Shown: positions 54,601 through 64,000 of the stretch, one piece after another
Numbering within the stretch: the first letter of the stretch is position 1
Layout of the letters: each line of letters opens with the position of its first letter
Source of the DNA: Lobosporangium transversale
Taxonomy: Eukaryota
Direction of reading: 5' to 3'
Length of the DNA stretch: 64,000 nt
NCBI RefSeq assembly: GCF_002105155.1
Contig: NW_019028994.1
Location: 558,001-622,000, forward strand
The notes under the pieces: model-generated
The model's input: the letters and a program-made list of their open reading frames with translations, nothing else
Databases searched by the model: none
Told to the model about the DNA's origin: nothing
Position numbers and translations under genes: made by a program

Positions 54601-55881
54601 GATGGCTTATTCGTCTGATGGAAAGTACCTTGCCTCAAGCAGTCATGATAGAACAGTGCGAGTGTGGGATGCAGAGACAGGCGAGTGCTTGATAGTAATC
54701 CCATCTGAAGGCGGGCTTGTTAGAGCGCTTGTATGGAATACTTTTGAAGGAGGTTGCTTCCTAGTCACAGGATCTGAGGATGCCTCTGTTCGTATGTGGC
54801 AGATTGCGAAGGAGGGCAATCAGTATCAGTATCGCCTGAAATGGTGCACTAAACAGACAGTTCTCAATGCTAGCAACATGTGTATTCAAGATGTAATTGG
54901 ATTGAGCGCAGCCAACAGGAAGCTTCTGATGCAACGAGGAGCAATAAAAGAGCAATCCCATCCGTTGGTCGTATGTGAGGCACGCAAACAGATTGTGGCA
55001 GCATCACCAATGGCACACAAGTCCAAAGCAGCCTCAAGTCAAGCTGATGATTTTCAAGCCCTATCAGTAGAGACATCCCTGGAGACAGAGGATCTGAGAG
55101 GGGGAGCACTGCAGGCAACAGTTGCAGCAGCAGGTCAATCGATCAATGACTACCGATTCAAATACAGCATGTGCAGTGAATGTAGATTTGCACATGTTAT
55201 TTCATGTAGACCTCGCGACCAAGGAGAGCAGTAAACAGCATGCTATTGGGAGTAAAGAATAAAGTGAAGAGCTATTTGAAGACTGATCAGCTTAAAATGA
55301 GAATGATGTACATTCGTCTTTTACTTGACCAGTCTGACACGACAAATGTGCTTTTATCTTCAGTTCTTTCATGCAGATGTGTGTCTTATCCACATGTACA
55401 TGTACCTAGTTGAGCTGACTGCTGTGCTCTGTGCTCTGAATCAACGGAGATATCACTGAGAACTCGAAATCTGTACTGTCGTTGTCTTGTGTCTGTACGC
55501 AAGCAATATCCACGATCAAGAACAAACGTCTACGAGTAATTGCATCAAACATTGGGTGCCATCAAAACAACCGTTCTTTCTATTTGTCGTATAAAATGAA
55601 GGCACCGCTTTACTTGGGATCATCCAATCGTTTTGAGTAACAAAGAGTATTGGAGAGCGTTGTCCTTTCTCGTCTAGGGGATAGTTTCTTAATACCAGGT
55701 AATGTACGTCTTGGATACATACAATTCATGTTGATCTCTTATGAAGTGCCTCTCACATCCTACCAACCAACTATCAGTGGTTTTGAAGTCAATAGCAAGA
55801 CAAGTTCACACCATTTTATCAATGAGCCTGAACACGATGTAGACACAAACCAAGGGGAATAACTCTATTCTTTTGACCAGT
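48592..55881 (+). repeat. ~7.3 kb inverted segmental duplication, copy B
   Basis: Aligns with the reverse complement of 20406-27714. Confidence 0.88.
49106..55234 (+). CDS. NLR-like STAND protein B: helical/ARM-like, NACHT, pentapeptide, WD40; 2 exons, ~2005 aa
   Basis: Exons 49106-50831 and 50943-55234. The 111-nt intron is in frame, which is why the ORF track shows a single 2042-aa ORF. Same motifs as copy A. Confidence 0.92.
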   Translation: MFGNTDTPPRSVLLPAQALKLFDFYIKGARTIDDNSSDIVMELCLDADSVLSRIHKPMRKSLASISSTSSASNEDLMLCKGIASAYHELSRLFEQLGHSDVAQSRGKKAEKWGYIQESSSNDSNNSNNNSNKQENSGPISSKLIRTVKTVQAIATISKDVFNHDEPPTAIRYSLPDAGSHLNDIHQLVYCLSLLSNAYVPTNDLDDREKEWCQSVLNDQDEYDRLRKLVSDVIEMFISDQIKVEATVMEAATLAPVLDQAQFRTLLMALVNGISQNITLETHLLEGLAQLMQHAPPGYLDSDDLVSILNTLSSRLQSTHRQSSDHLYRLSTTVSHVLDAMVNNQVKGLKREQLHGPLSAFLQELKASSDPQLVYQAAYAFQALQYIPDDESTVQAMLRRTSTVLRGVFGVVSAVKGLDLNAFMDEISNIQEGLSSVTGTIDMSLNVYTSVTSLYESGSTFRQCMEEGLSFSHKSAWYPALRGADELIQRGEFTKFKDLVCESSCRNDAAFQWGLCQRLGQIAADTQWTIETRKDAITLLGEMYKNDQEWGNHSHIKQWIISILRELSSLPPDGLQGAYFLSFSVDMLGCWRFSVYDDLSTHSILILLFFLFSAADTLLDGLVEYGDTKKQELYRKCLQEPMAQHPFIITHPSPTSSRLLDRAQNRPNVEDSLRQLKRQRMEVGNNQGFYIQQYAKANPQASDDKLFLLMDKVKEFLDSDQKVLLVQGDSGAGKSTFNRTLERTLWETYQNRHGRIPLFINLPAIDKPEKDLVAKQLRHYDFTDSQIKELKKSRSFILICDGYDESMQTSNLYVVNQLNKSGEWRAQMVISCRSEYLGLDYRDRFQPMDRNHQADDGLFEEAVIMPFSETQIDDYIEQYVDAMDPLWHAEDYRRAFKQVPSLQDLVKNPFMLSMSLEVLPRMVDPDQGISNTKIKRVTLYDQFVEQWLERGKKRLSDVLGLEDRRMYHKLLDEGFAQNGIRYLTELATAIYKHQDGNPVVDYSPSKDKDTWKEAYFSKENERKLLREASPLTRTGNQHRFMHRSLLEYSLVRAMFEPQKAMSTSAIDEVARPATAASRRQSISSVFSFEGMDTKGDEQGVEVAEIDETSPLVWRSFVSEPSVLQFLEDRARLEPVFKQQLYTYVELSKSDSKWRIAAANAMTILIRAGESFIEADLRGIQIPGADLSHGIFEYAQLQGADLRKVNLQKCWLREADLSGAKMAGVQFGEWPLLEVDGMTLQGSYSPDGKTLAAVIQNDSYECSIAIYDTSTWRIISTLEGYEIGRELIYSPSSRYIANWCYTEPAILIWDTTSGALIHRLEGHTKRVNCVVYSPSGNDLASASDDGSVRVWDAQAGVLKYSLEGHTAHVRSVAYSPDGLQIASGSFDRTVRLWDAILGQQLMQMNHEHRIEQIVYSPNGQEIISCRYPCGFPYVWDVGSGQKKYELEYSNEPGAIQYSPNGKLVASFSSNIVYQWDVQTRKLTHTLAEHPDRIIDLKYSPNGEQIATCSLAKTVQVWSTRSGQLMNTFYGHSGFIRRMAYSPNSHQLASFSDDKTIRFWDTRLQQPNHDSHGHLAPIYGVRSSPDGQQIASRSYDKTVRMWDARTGQSTHVLQSIDGSIKGIKYSPDGQLLASYHGSSRVYLWNARTGQVAHTLELQDRQDDWICTFDFSPIDHQITFGHRRGDVTIWNTQTGELIYTLQGRIKAVRCVVFSPDGHHLASYDEDGALRVWKVYSGDLCYEVKAGERTGKSIKYTPDGRKIVVDCSYAFREVQVRNAGTGELCYIIPEYFTRVGPISPCSQRMAGLCDNGQINVVDMQTGAVLYMLEGHTKEITEMAYSSDGKYLASSSHDRTVRVWDAETGECLIVIPSEGGLVRALVWNTFEGGCFLVTGSEDASVRMWQIAKEGNQYQYRLKWCTKQTVLNASNMCIQDVIGLSAANRKLLMQRGAIKEQSHPLVVCEARKQIVAASPMAHKSKAASSQADDFQALSVETSLETEDLRGGALQATVAAAGQSINDYRFKYSMCSECRFAHVISCRPRDQGEQ

Positions 55882-56284
55882 TAATTGGCAATGTTTTTTG
55901 TGTACAACAAGTGAATCAAGAGAGGCAAAGAAAATGCTTGCAAAATAGCTATGGTTTTTATTGGCACTGTTGTAGAAATCTACCCAAAACTTCGCCTCTA
56001 TTTGCCACGACAAAATTCCTATTGATTCCACGAATCCATCCCTGGACATTTTTTTGCACCAATCTTGAGAATACCATCATTGATATACCTTCTTATTTTC
56101 CTACTCTTTCCTCCTCTTCAAAAACCCTTACGATGTTTCTCACAGTGGAATATGAGAAGCCAAAACGACGAGCAGTCATTGCAGGAGTCAATCCTCCATC
56201 AAAAATGGATCTGATAATTTTTTGACGAAGACCGGAATCAATGCATTGATAGCTTTTGAATGTGGCATGGTGTAGTGCTGAATG

Positions 56285-56385
56285 TTAAAAAAAAAAAAAA
56301 AAAAAAAGAGTGCACGCGAAATTTATTTTAATGAATATGCACATTTAGATAAAAAAAAAAAAAAAAAAAAAAAAAAATATCACCA
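56285..56385 (+). repeat. Direct repeat, copy 2 (downstream of NLR-B unit)
   Basis: tt-An-gagtgcacgcgaaatttatttttaatgaatatgcacatttagat-An-tatcacca. Confidence 0.75.
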
Positions 56386-56522
56386 AAACTCATCTGTAGA
56401 GGCAGCCTTAGAGGCAATGGTTATGAAATAGGAAATATCATAGACAACAGCACCTGCAACAAGCAGGTCGATCAAAAGCTGCCAGTTTAAATACAGTGAG
56501 ATGCAGCAAATGTAATTATGTA

Positions 56523-57853
56523 CAGTCACATGAAAAAATTATACGGCAAAATAAATTTAGAAAATAATTGACGCGAAGATAGCATCCTCTCTCTTTCTTT
56601 TTCTCATTTTTCACAACAATAACAACTTGAAAAAACCACCATGCCTTTAAATTTGGATATCGAGGATAAAGCTATCATGGTTGGAATGCATCTTGCGGGA
56701 ATGAAGGATGCGGAGATCGCGCTGAAACGTAATGTACCAAGATCAACGGTCTACACTATTATTCAAAGATATTACAAAAGAGGTACCACCGCTCGCGCCC
56801 CACCCCAGGACGACCAAGAGCACTGAGTGAAAGAGATATCAGGAGCATAGTGCGCTGCACAAAGAGAGAAAGGAGAGCCACTCTTAAGGACATCACCAAT
56901 CAATTGGCGAAGAAAGTGTGCACAAGGACCGTTGCAGAGATATTGCATTCACTGGGTATCTTCAGCCGGATCGCGGTTCCAAAACCATACTTAAATGAAG
57001 ATCATATGAAGAGGCGACTGGCTTTTGCCAAAAAGTACGAGAGTTGGTCCAATGAAGATTGGAGTCGGGTAGTTTGGACTGATGAATCGTCATTTGAAGT
57101 TGGCGAGAATTTCCGTAAGATAAGAGTTTGGCGTACGGCGGAGGAAAAGTACGACCACGATTGCCTTATACCCACTTTCAAGAGTGGTAGAACATCCTTG
57201 ATGGTCTGGGGGGCATTCACATCAACCAAAAAGTCTCGGTTGGTTATATTTAAACGAGGTCGTAGAGATGGGCAGTGTTTTGTGGAAGATGTATAAAAAG
57301 TTGAACTAATCAGGTTTATGGCTGAAGTAGAGGGCGGCATTCTCATGGAGGATAATGCTCCAGTCCATACTTGTAAGATAGCAAAAGAATGGCGTGAAAA
57401 TAACAACATCTCTAGGATTCCAGACTGGCCAGCATGTTCTCCGGATATAAACCCCATCGAGCGTGTATGGTCATTTCTCGCTAATGCACTCGATAAGCGC
57501 TCCAGAGGACCAAGAGATCTCCCCAGTCTCGCAGTAGCTCTTACTGAGGAGTGGAATAATTTGCTACAAGAGAAACTGGCAAGCCTTGTTGATTCCATGC
57601 CCAACAGGCTGAAAGAAGTGAGGAAGGCTAAAGGTGGGCACACTCATTATTAAACCCACATAGTACTTTTACCTTTCATACAGTATATCCTCAAAACCTC
57701 CATAAAGAAACAAAATCGACCTCTTTAACGAATTCTAAAGTTTCATGTTGATTGATAAAGTCTTTGTGTATGTTGTCTATGATCTGTTTGTCAAGGGTGC
57801 TCAAAAAATTACAAAAAAAATAGAATTTGCCGTAAAATTTCTTCATGTGACTG
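56523..57853 (+). mobile_element. Tc1/mariner (IS630-Tc1) DNA transposon, 1331 bp, TA target duplication
   Basis: TIRs cagtcacatgaaaaaattatacggcaaa / tttgccgtaaaatttcttcatgtgactg; TA at 56521-56522 and 57854-57855. Confidence 0.93.
56641..57653 (+). pseudogene. Tc1-like transposase, inactivated (frameshift ~56805, in-frame TAA at 57294-57296)
   Basis: HTH N-terminus; VWTDESSF, MEDNAPVH and WPACSPDINPIE catalytic motifs; C-terminal KAKGGHTHY. Split over three ORF-track segments. Confidence 0.9.
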
Positions 57854-58284
57854 TACATACGCTATCAAGAGTAAAGAATAAAATGGAGAGACACTTGGGT
57901 AATCACCATAAAAATACTGTATACATGTCTGCTGTAGGAGTAAAAATGGTTACAGTTGATACATGTTAAGATGAATGGTATCTACCATTGCGACTTGCTG
58001 CGTTTACTTAACCTATAGAATTTGCCGCTCGCTTGTTTCCTGTACATAGTTTTAACCAATAAAAACTGATTTAGCTGGTAAAAACTGGTGCTTGACACGT
58101 CTTTTGAAAATGAATTTTAGGCGATGTTTATTATACGACTCAGCTGATTCTTAAAAATAGTTTTTTTCTTTTCTTTTTTTTTTTCTTCAAAAGTTTCTTA
58201 TTTTCATATAACTCATTACAAGGAGAAAGAAAAGAGAACTCAGGAAGATATGCACCACAATACAAAAGATAACTGTTAGAGAGA

Positions 58285-58971
58285 TCATCCTCCTCTGGCG
58301 AACTTCTGGAGGTTTGCCAAACTGCCATTCCAATAATCACCATCGCCTGGGTTGGGGCTTGCGTTATCCGTATACTGCCAGAACGAGTAGAATGCCCATC
58401 CTGCAGGAAGAGTTCCGGGCGTACTAGCGTACCTCGCAATCCACAGTGGGTTTTCGCTACCGAAACCACCGTAGTTTCCAGTACATAATTGCCACCAGCT
58501 GGTACTCGTATAGATAACAGGAGGACGTCCGGTTTTGGTTTTGTACGTATTGGAAAAATCGCGAATCCAGTTAACCATACCAGCTGCGCTCAGTCCATAG
58601 CATTTGTTGGTTCCATATGGATTGTATTCAAGGTCGACGACGCCTGGAAGAGTAATACCATCGCCACTCCACCCACCGCCATTGGAGACGAAGTAATTGG
58701 CTTGTACCGCACCACTTGAAACGTCTGGACGGGCGAAATGGTATGATCCTCGGATTAGACCCACGTTGGTAGCACCAGTGTACTGTGAGTTGAAGCTAGG
58801 ATTCTTGTAGCCGGTGCCTTCTGTGGCTTTGATATAAACGAATTTTATTCCGTTCGCCTTCACCGTATTCCAGTTTACGTTTGGCTGATATCCTGATACA
58901 TCTATTCCTTTGACTGTTTCGGAGTACGCGACAGAAGCACATAAAAGGAGGGCGGCTAACTTCTTCATCAT
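58285..58971 (-). CDS. Secreted GH25 lysozyme (N-acetylmuramidase, Chalaropsis type)
   Basis: Signal peptide MKKLAALLLCASVAYS; GIDVSGYQ, YIKATEG, RGSYHFA, catalytic DLE (VDLEYNPYG), LWIARY, FWQY; intronless CDS. Confidence 0.95.
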   Translation of the reverse strand: MMKKLAALLLCASVAYSETVKGIDVSGYQPNVNWNTVKANGIKFVYIKATEGTGYKNPSFNSQYTGATNVGLIRGSYHFARPDVSSGAVQANYFVSNGGGWSGDGITLPGVVDLEYNPYGTNKCYGLSAAGMVNWIRDFSNTYKTKTGRPPVIYTSTSWWQLCTGNYGGFGSENPLWIARYASTPGTLPAGWAFYSFWQYTDNASPNPGDGDYWNGSLANLQKFARGG

Positions 58972-60177
58972 TGTAATGATACACCTAATCCGGGATGAGT
59001 AAAGGTTTATGAAAGGGCTCGTGGAGATTTATGAAGAGGTTCTTGCGAAAGCTCTAGCGATTGTTGTTGCAACGGTTCCGATAATGGCCCTTGTTACAAT
59101 TCTGGCAAAAGTGGTTGCGATTACGGAGTCTTGAAGGATGGTCGATTGGGTTTTGAGGAGGGACCAGTTGAGTCTTGGGGAAGGAACAGTTGAGGTTTGG
59201 TGCAAGTAGATTGAAGGCGAGAGTGACCCCCTTTATATAGGCGATGCAAATCCCCACTTTCTCAGTGTGGCCATGTCTTTTTCGTTTACAGGGAGCTAAC
59301 ATGACATCATGGAATGAGCAAGGAGCATAGAAAAGAAAAAAATCAAATAGCCGAGGGAAAGGGGTTTACTGAAAATAGAATGGATTTCAAAGGAAAAGGA
59401 TGTTTGATAAGATGATGGCGACAAACCAATGAAAACAAGACCTCTTATCATCCACCATAGACACAAGCCTATCAGGTTTTTTTTTCTCACGCCAAATACC
59501 ATTCCCATCGCCTAATTAAAGTTTTTTTTAGATCTATATACTTAAGTAAAGACGAACCGGAGACTGTGGCTCCACCGCGATCGACTTACCTCGTCGTCAG
59601 AAAATTAAATGTTTTGCCGCGTGAGAATAAACATTGTGAGCGGCAGCAAATGAAAACAGATGGGTTATATTACCGCGCGGGGGTCGGGTGCTTTACAACT
59701 GCAAAAATACGTGTGGACAAGGCCTTTTCTTAAAGGTCATTGGCTGGAGAATTACAAACAAACCCACAAAAAAGTTGACCTGCATAAATAAACATGCATT
59801 GTTACTAACACAAAAACTGGTTCGCACGAATCCCACGGTAAAGTGACATTAAGTTCGTTTCTTGTTTTCCATGATGCTGATATTCTGGCTGGTATATACA
59901 AATCCTTTGTAAAATGAAGTTAAATATTCTATTTGTCCTTGTCTTTGCAATGCTTGTATGAGTGCAACATGATGATTGTAAAGTCTGTTTAACTCAATAA
60001 ATGCAAGAACTAGTTTCATGATACATTCTGCACTCAGACAAGCATTCTAAGGAGAAATTTGTGCAGGCCCATCATGAAAAACAAGCTTTAGTGTAAATAT
60101 TTCACTTCACATGGCATTATACAGCCAAATTTTGTGTAAGAATCGGTGCATGTTTATTTGTTTACATGTACATTTAG

Positions 60178-60617
60178 AGCGAAAAGGGCTAAACGGGAAA
60201 GATGCTCCTATTGGCTAGAAGCCTCTATTTGGATAAATTTTGTGAAACATCTATTCTCCAATAATTTTGTCACATTTTACTTTATTTCGTGGTGGTGGGA
60301 GATGTCTAGCGGATAATTCCGATAACTGTGTTGGAATGCAGGACAGTGACGAAGTGTCACCAGCAGGAGATATTGCTGAAGAAGGCTGGTCAGCCCTATT
60401 AAAGGGATGATGATTGGGCATTTCTTGTCTTAAAATGCTTAAATTGACGCGTGCAAGGAAAAAAAAGAAATGATAATCGTTTGCGAGTCATTAAAAAAAT
60501 CCGAAATTAGAGGGACAAATGATGCAATATTATTGGAGAATTGACATTTCACAAAGTTTATTCAAGTAAAGGTTTTTAGCCAATAGGAGTGTCTATCCCG
60601 TAAGACCCTTTTACGCT
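60178..60617. mobile_element. MITE-like element with ~100-bp imperfect terminal inverted repeats
   Basis: 60178-60277 (agcgaaaagggctaaacggga...ctcctattggcta...ttgtgaaa...ttctccaataat) is the reverse complement of ~60517-60617. No coding capacity; no clear TSD. Confidence 0.75.
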
Positions 60618-61377
60618 ATTCGATATTGAGTGCCTATACTACATGTATATATACATTTACTTTTTGGATCCTCGAATGCGTATGGTTCATAGTTGGGTCT
60701 GTAACGCGATAAGAAACAAGGAAATCTTAAAACAGAATACTAAGTTACAAGTGCTGCTACAATGGGCTCAGTAGACAGAGGACAAAACATCATTATACTG
60801 AGAGTCGCACGCAGTTTTGGCCTGGTTGCAGAGTAAATAAATTATGGTTTGGATCGGTCTACGAGCTCTCGAGCGGCGCCTCGTGAGAATTCAACAAATT
60901 GGTAAATAAGATAACCTTTACGTTTATAGGGGAGTCAATTGTAGTATAAATAAAACGCGTAATAAGTGAGGATAGGGAGATGGATGAAGAGAATATGAGG
61001 GTAAGGACAACAGCAGATAGGAATTAATTACACAATTAAAAGGATTTAAATACAAGTAAATGAAAGCAGAGTAAGAGAAGAGTTGAGAAGGGTTGTGATT
61101 GCGGGTAATGATGAAGAAAAAGAAAGTAATTAAATACGTGGTGCTGAGAGATCTTTATTTCTTAGAGGCGCAAACTACGCAAATGAATACGTATGTTGGG
61201 ATTAAGAGGAAGTAGCGACAAGGAAGGAGAGCAAATGATGACGGACAAGGCAAGAGAACTGCACCTATTTTTTGGAGTCCTTCATCCCATAGACCCATCC
61301 CGACTTTCGCTTCACCTGAATAGCATCACAAGGCCACTCGCTTCTCCCCATACAGTACTACTAATATGTATGCAATG

Positions 61378-61410
<33 letters not shown>

Positions 61411-62160
61411 AGCTTTTGCTGCTGATACATAAGCCGTATATATAGCTTGCATCAGTCGTACAAATTGCTCGAGTTTAGAGTAATGCTTGTCATCAAACAT
61501 GTATAGTATCATGATAATAGTGCAAGCTCTTGGTACCCAAGCCCGCGTTTCACTCGACACCTTTTATGGATGAAATAATTTTCTTTCTTCTTTTTTTTAT
61601 TCTACAAAGGGCCATGGGGCCATGAGTTTTGGATATGTAGAGAAAATATGAGATAAAAGCTATTTGATCACTGATGGAATCCTTTCATCATCATTTCTAC
61701 TTCCTGCTTCATCTTGCTTTTTGCCCCATTCTCACGGTTTGTGCAGCGATGTTGGAAGGCTTGTCCCACGAAACCACTATCGTGACACCAAAGTATAACA
61801 AAGTATAACAAAGCATAAAACCCTTGCCATAAAACAAAGAAGTTTCAGCAAAAGAACACAGCCGACTCGACAACGATTCATCTTCCACTCAAAGCGTTTT
61901 ACTCATAGGATTCCGCCTTAAGGTTTGTCGCTTTGCATTTATCACAATTTCTGTTAAATAGCATCTCTAGCCTTATAACTGTTCTTTAGAAAGGGGACAA
62001 AGTGACAATGCTCTAATAAATCCAACTTACCCATGGCTATAGCTTCACCTCTTTTACCGCTATGTTCCTCTTCACCATGGAGTGAGATAGACGTGTGAGG
62101 TTATTAAAGTGTTTTCAAACATATCGCTAGGCATGTTTGCATCAGACACCTATTACTTAG

Positions 62161-62629
62161 GTGAAGCCTCCGGAGAAGACAAAGATGATGTGACCAAATC
62201 TTTCCTAGATGTTACTAACAAACCCCATCCTGGAGTACGAAAGTATTATGGCGATATCCCTTTAATTGAATTGTAAGTGGGATGCTTATGGTGAGCTTTC
62301 ATAGTTCACTCTAAATCAACATACAGCACGTATCTTTGCCTCCTTCCAACAATCAGCTGGGTTGGATACATTCTTATTATGTGAAAGTGATCAGGACTTT
62401 TATGATGAGGCCGCAAAATGGTTTAAATCCAGGATTAGGATTGATCGATACTGGAATTGTAAGAGGAAAGAATTGATTCTTTGGATCTTCAAGGGTGTTC
62501 CTTGGCTGGCGGTCGTGAAAGAACACTCTTTTCTTTATCAGGAAAAGTGGTAGCAGCAGAGGCGGAAGATGAGCAACCGGCGGCAACTTGCTCAATGCTA
62601 GCAGTGGCGGCTGAGCAAATGGATTCTTA
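62161..62629 (+). pseudogene. Possible degraded spliced gene fragment
   Basis: AG acceptor at 62160, open exon EASGEDKDDVTKSFLDVTNKPHPGVRKYYGDIPLIE, GTAAGT donor ~62273, ctaaat...cag acceptor ~62326. The downstream frames do not join cleanly. Confidence 0.25.
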
Positions 62630-63063
62630 AATAAGATGGATTGGTGAAGGCTTGTTGTCAACTCAAACTATCACCAACGGCGATGATAACAGTTCTTTCA
62701 GTGTTTATACAGTGGAAGGGATTTACTGGTCATCAGAAGGGTTGTTCATGCCGAGCGTATCTGGACCCCGTAAAGGGATCAGTTGTATGATGTTTTGGAA
62801 TGGCAGCGAATTAAGGAGGCACCATTGTTCCTTTAGACGTGGAGTCCATCCAGAAAGTTTAAAATCTTGTGAGAGCTTTCAAATGATTATCCTTCATAGT
62901 CCAGCGACCCTTTCCTGTGTAATCTTTCTCTTTAATAATCTCAAGCTACAGAACTACCCTTAAACTATAAATAAACTTTTTTATTTTTTGTCCTCTGCTG
63001 GCTGATTTCGTACTACATCTTTCTTTTTCTCGAGCTTCCAGAACACATCCATCTCCATAGAAT

Positions 63064-63994
63064 ATGGACTTCAACGATAACAATGTCAACAACACCTACA
63101 CTGCTTCTAACCTCTCTACTGACGGCAACCCCGATCCATCAACCCTGGAGGGCAACTCCACTCCACCATCCACCCTACCCAGTAACCCTTCCATTCCAGA
63201 AATCCAACATGCCCTCCCTCCGGAGATCCTGCAAGCTATCAGTGCTCTCACGCAGTTCATCCAGAACGGAGGCGCGTTCCGCCAGCCAGGCACACCAACC
63301 CAAGACCCATTTATGCGTAGGACGGAGCCTCTATGCTACCTGGAGCCCTACGAGGATTTGGAACAAGTTATACCTTCCCTCAAGAGAAGAAAGGAATTCC
63401 ACACAGTCAAGCTCAATGACGAGGAGCAACGTTATTACGACATTAGCCAATTTCCAAAAGTGGCAGGTATGGAATACACGCCTCCAGCAATCCCCAAAGA
63501 GTGGTCTATTTCCGATAGTCTCAAGAATGCCGATCAGAAATTGGTCACACTGGCAACAAAAGCGGCACACATTACAAGACCACTCGATGCAGCAGCTCAT
63601 GCAATCGTCTCTCAAAACGGCACAAATGACGTGCAAGTACAATACATCCTTCGCATCCTGGATACAGTCCGAACTCAAATCTCCACGCTCTGCGAACAGA
63701 TCAATAAAATCCGCACCGAAGCATTCGTTCTACAAGGAAAAGAAATTTATCAATCTTCCTGACACATCGACCCGAAGCCAGCTGGTCGAAACAACTGACT
63801 TACTTGAACATGCTAAGCTTTCACAGAATATCAAGAAACACAGCAACCCTAACCGAGGTAGGGACTGCCGAGGTAGGCAAGGTCGTTTTGGGAGCACCAA
63901 CCACAATTCATTTACTCAACCACAACCACAGCAACAACCATTCTTAGCTGATCTCGGGAGTCACAGGAAAGGGTCGCTGGACTATGAAGGATAA
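63064..63994 (+). mobile_element. gag-like ORF of a DIRS-type (YR) retrotransposon, frameshifted near 63730; element probably continues beyond the window
   Basis: DQKLVTLATKAAHITRPLD...LDTVRTQISTLCEQINKIR resembles DIRS gag ORFs of early-diverging fungi (recalled, not searched). Continues in another frame into an RG-rich tail. Confidence 0.55.
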
Positions 63995-64000
63995 TGAATA

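Noticed and set aside
57002..57643. 213-aa antisense ORF in the Tc1 element
   Set aside because: Shadow of the transposase frame; no independent features.
59054..59302. 82-aa ORF with CxxC...H...C pattern upstream of lysozyme
   Set aside because: Non-ATG start, spans the lysozyme TATA box and probable 5' UTR intron; the motif is likely chance.

Overview
Eukaryotic (fungal) DNA, most consistent with Mortierellaceae (Mucoromycota). This is inferred from the spliceosomal introns, very long A/T homopolymers and the gene families present. Housekeeping or conserved genes: TAF13, an 11-exon Ca2+/cation exchanger, a 4-finger C2H2 transcription factor, a Q-rich coiled-coil protein and an AAC4-like protein. 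These are mixed with defence/effector genes: a Crinkler (Ubl-NTPase-REase) gene, two near-paralogous NACHT-pentapeptide-WD40 NLR-like genes forming a ~7.3 kb inverted duplication plus a third relic, and a secreted GH25 lysozyme. Mobile DNA includes a 5.4 kb Crypton tyrosine-recombinase element with perfect 16-bp inverted ends and a 6-bp direct repeat, nested in a foldback MITE whose empty-site paralog is in the same window. There is also a broken Tc1-like element, another MITE and a truncated DIRS-like gag. Three observations stand out. (1) A ~60-nt hairpin is directly repeated in the intron at the Crinkler header/toxin junction and again just after the gene, bracketing the C-terminal toxin module like a cassette. 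(2) The Crypton is precisely delimited, has recombination-site-like ends and carries a passenger ORF. (3) The divergent NLR pair shows mosaic identity and hypervariable WD40 surfaces, and could recombine by inverting the ~21 kb between the copies. All family assignments come from motif recognition by eye; no database searches were run.
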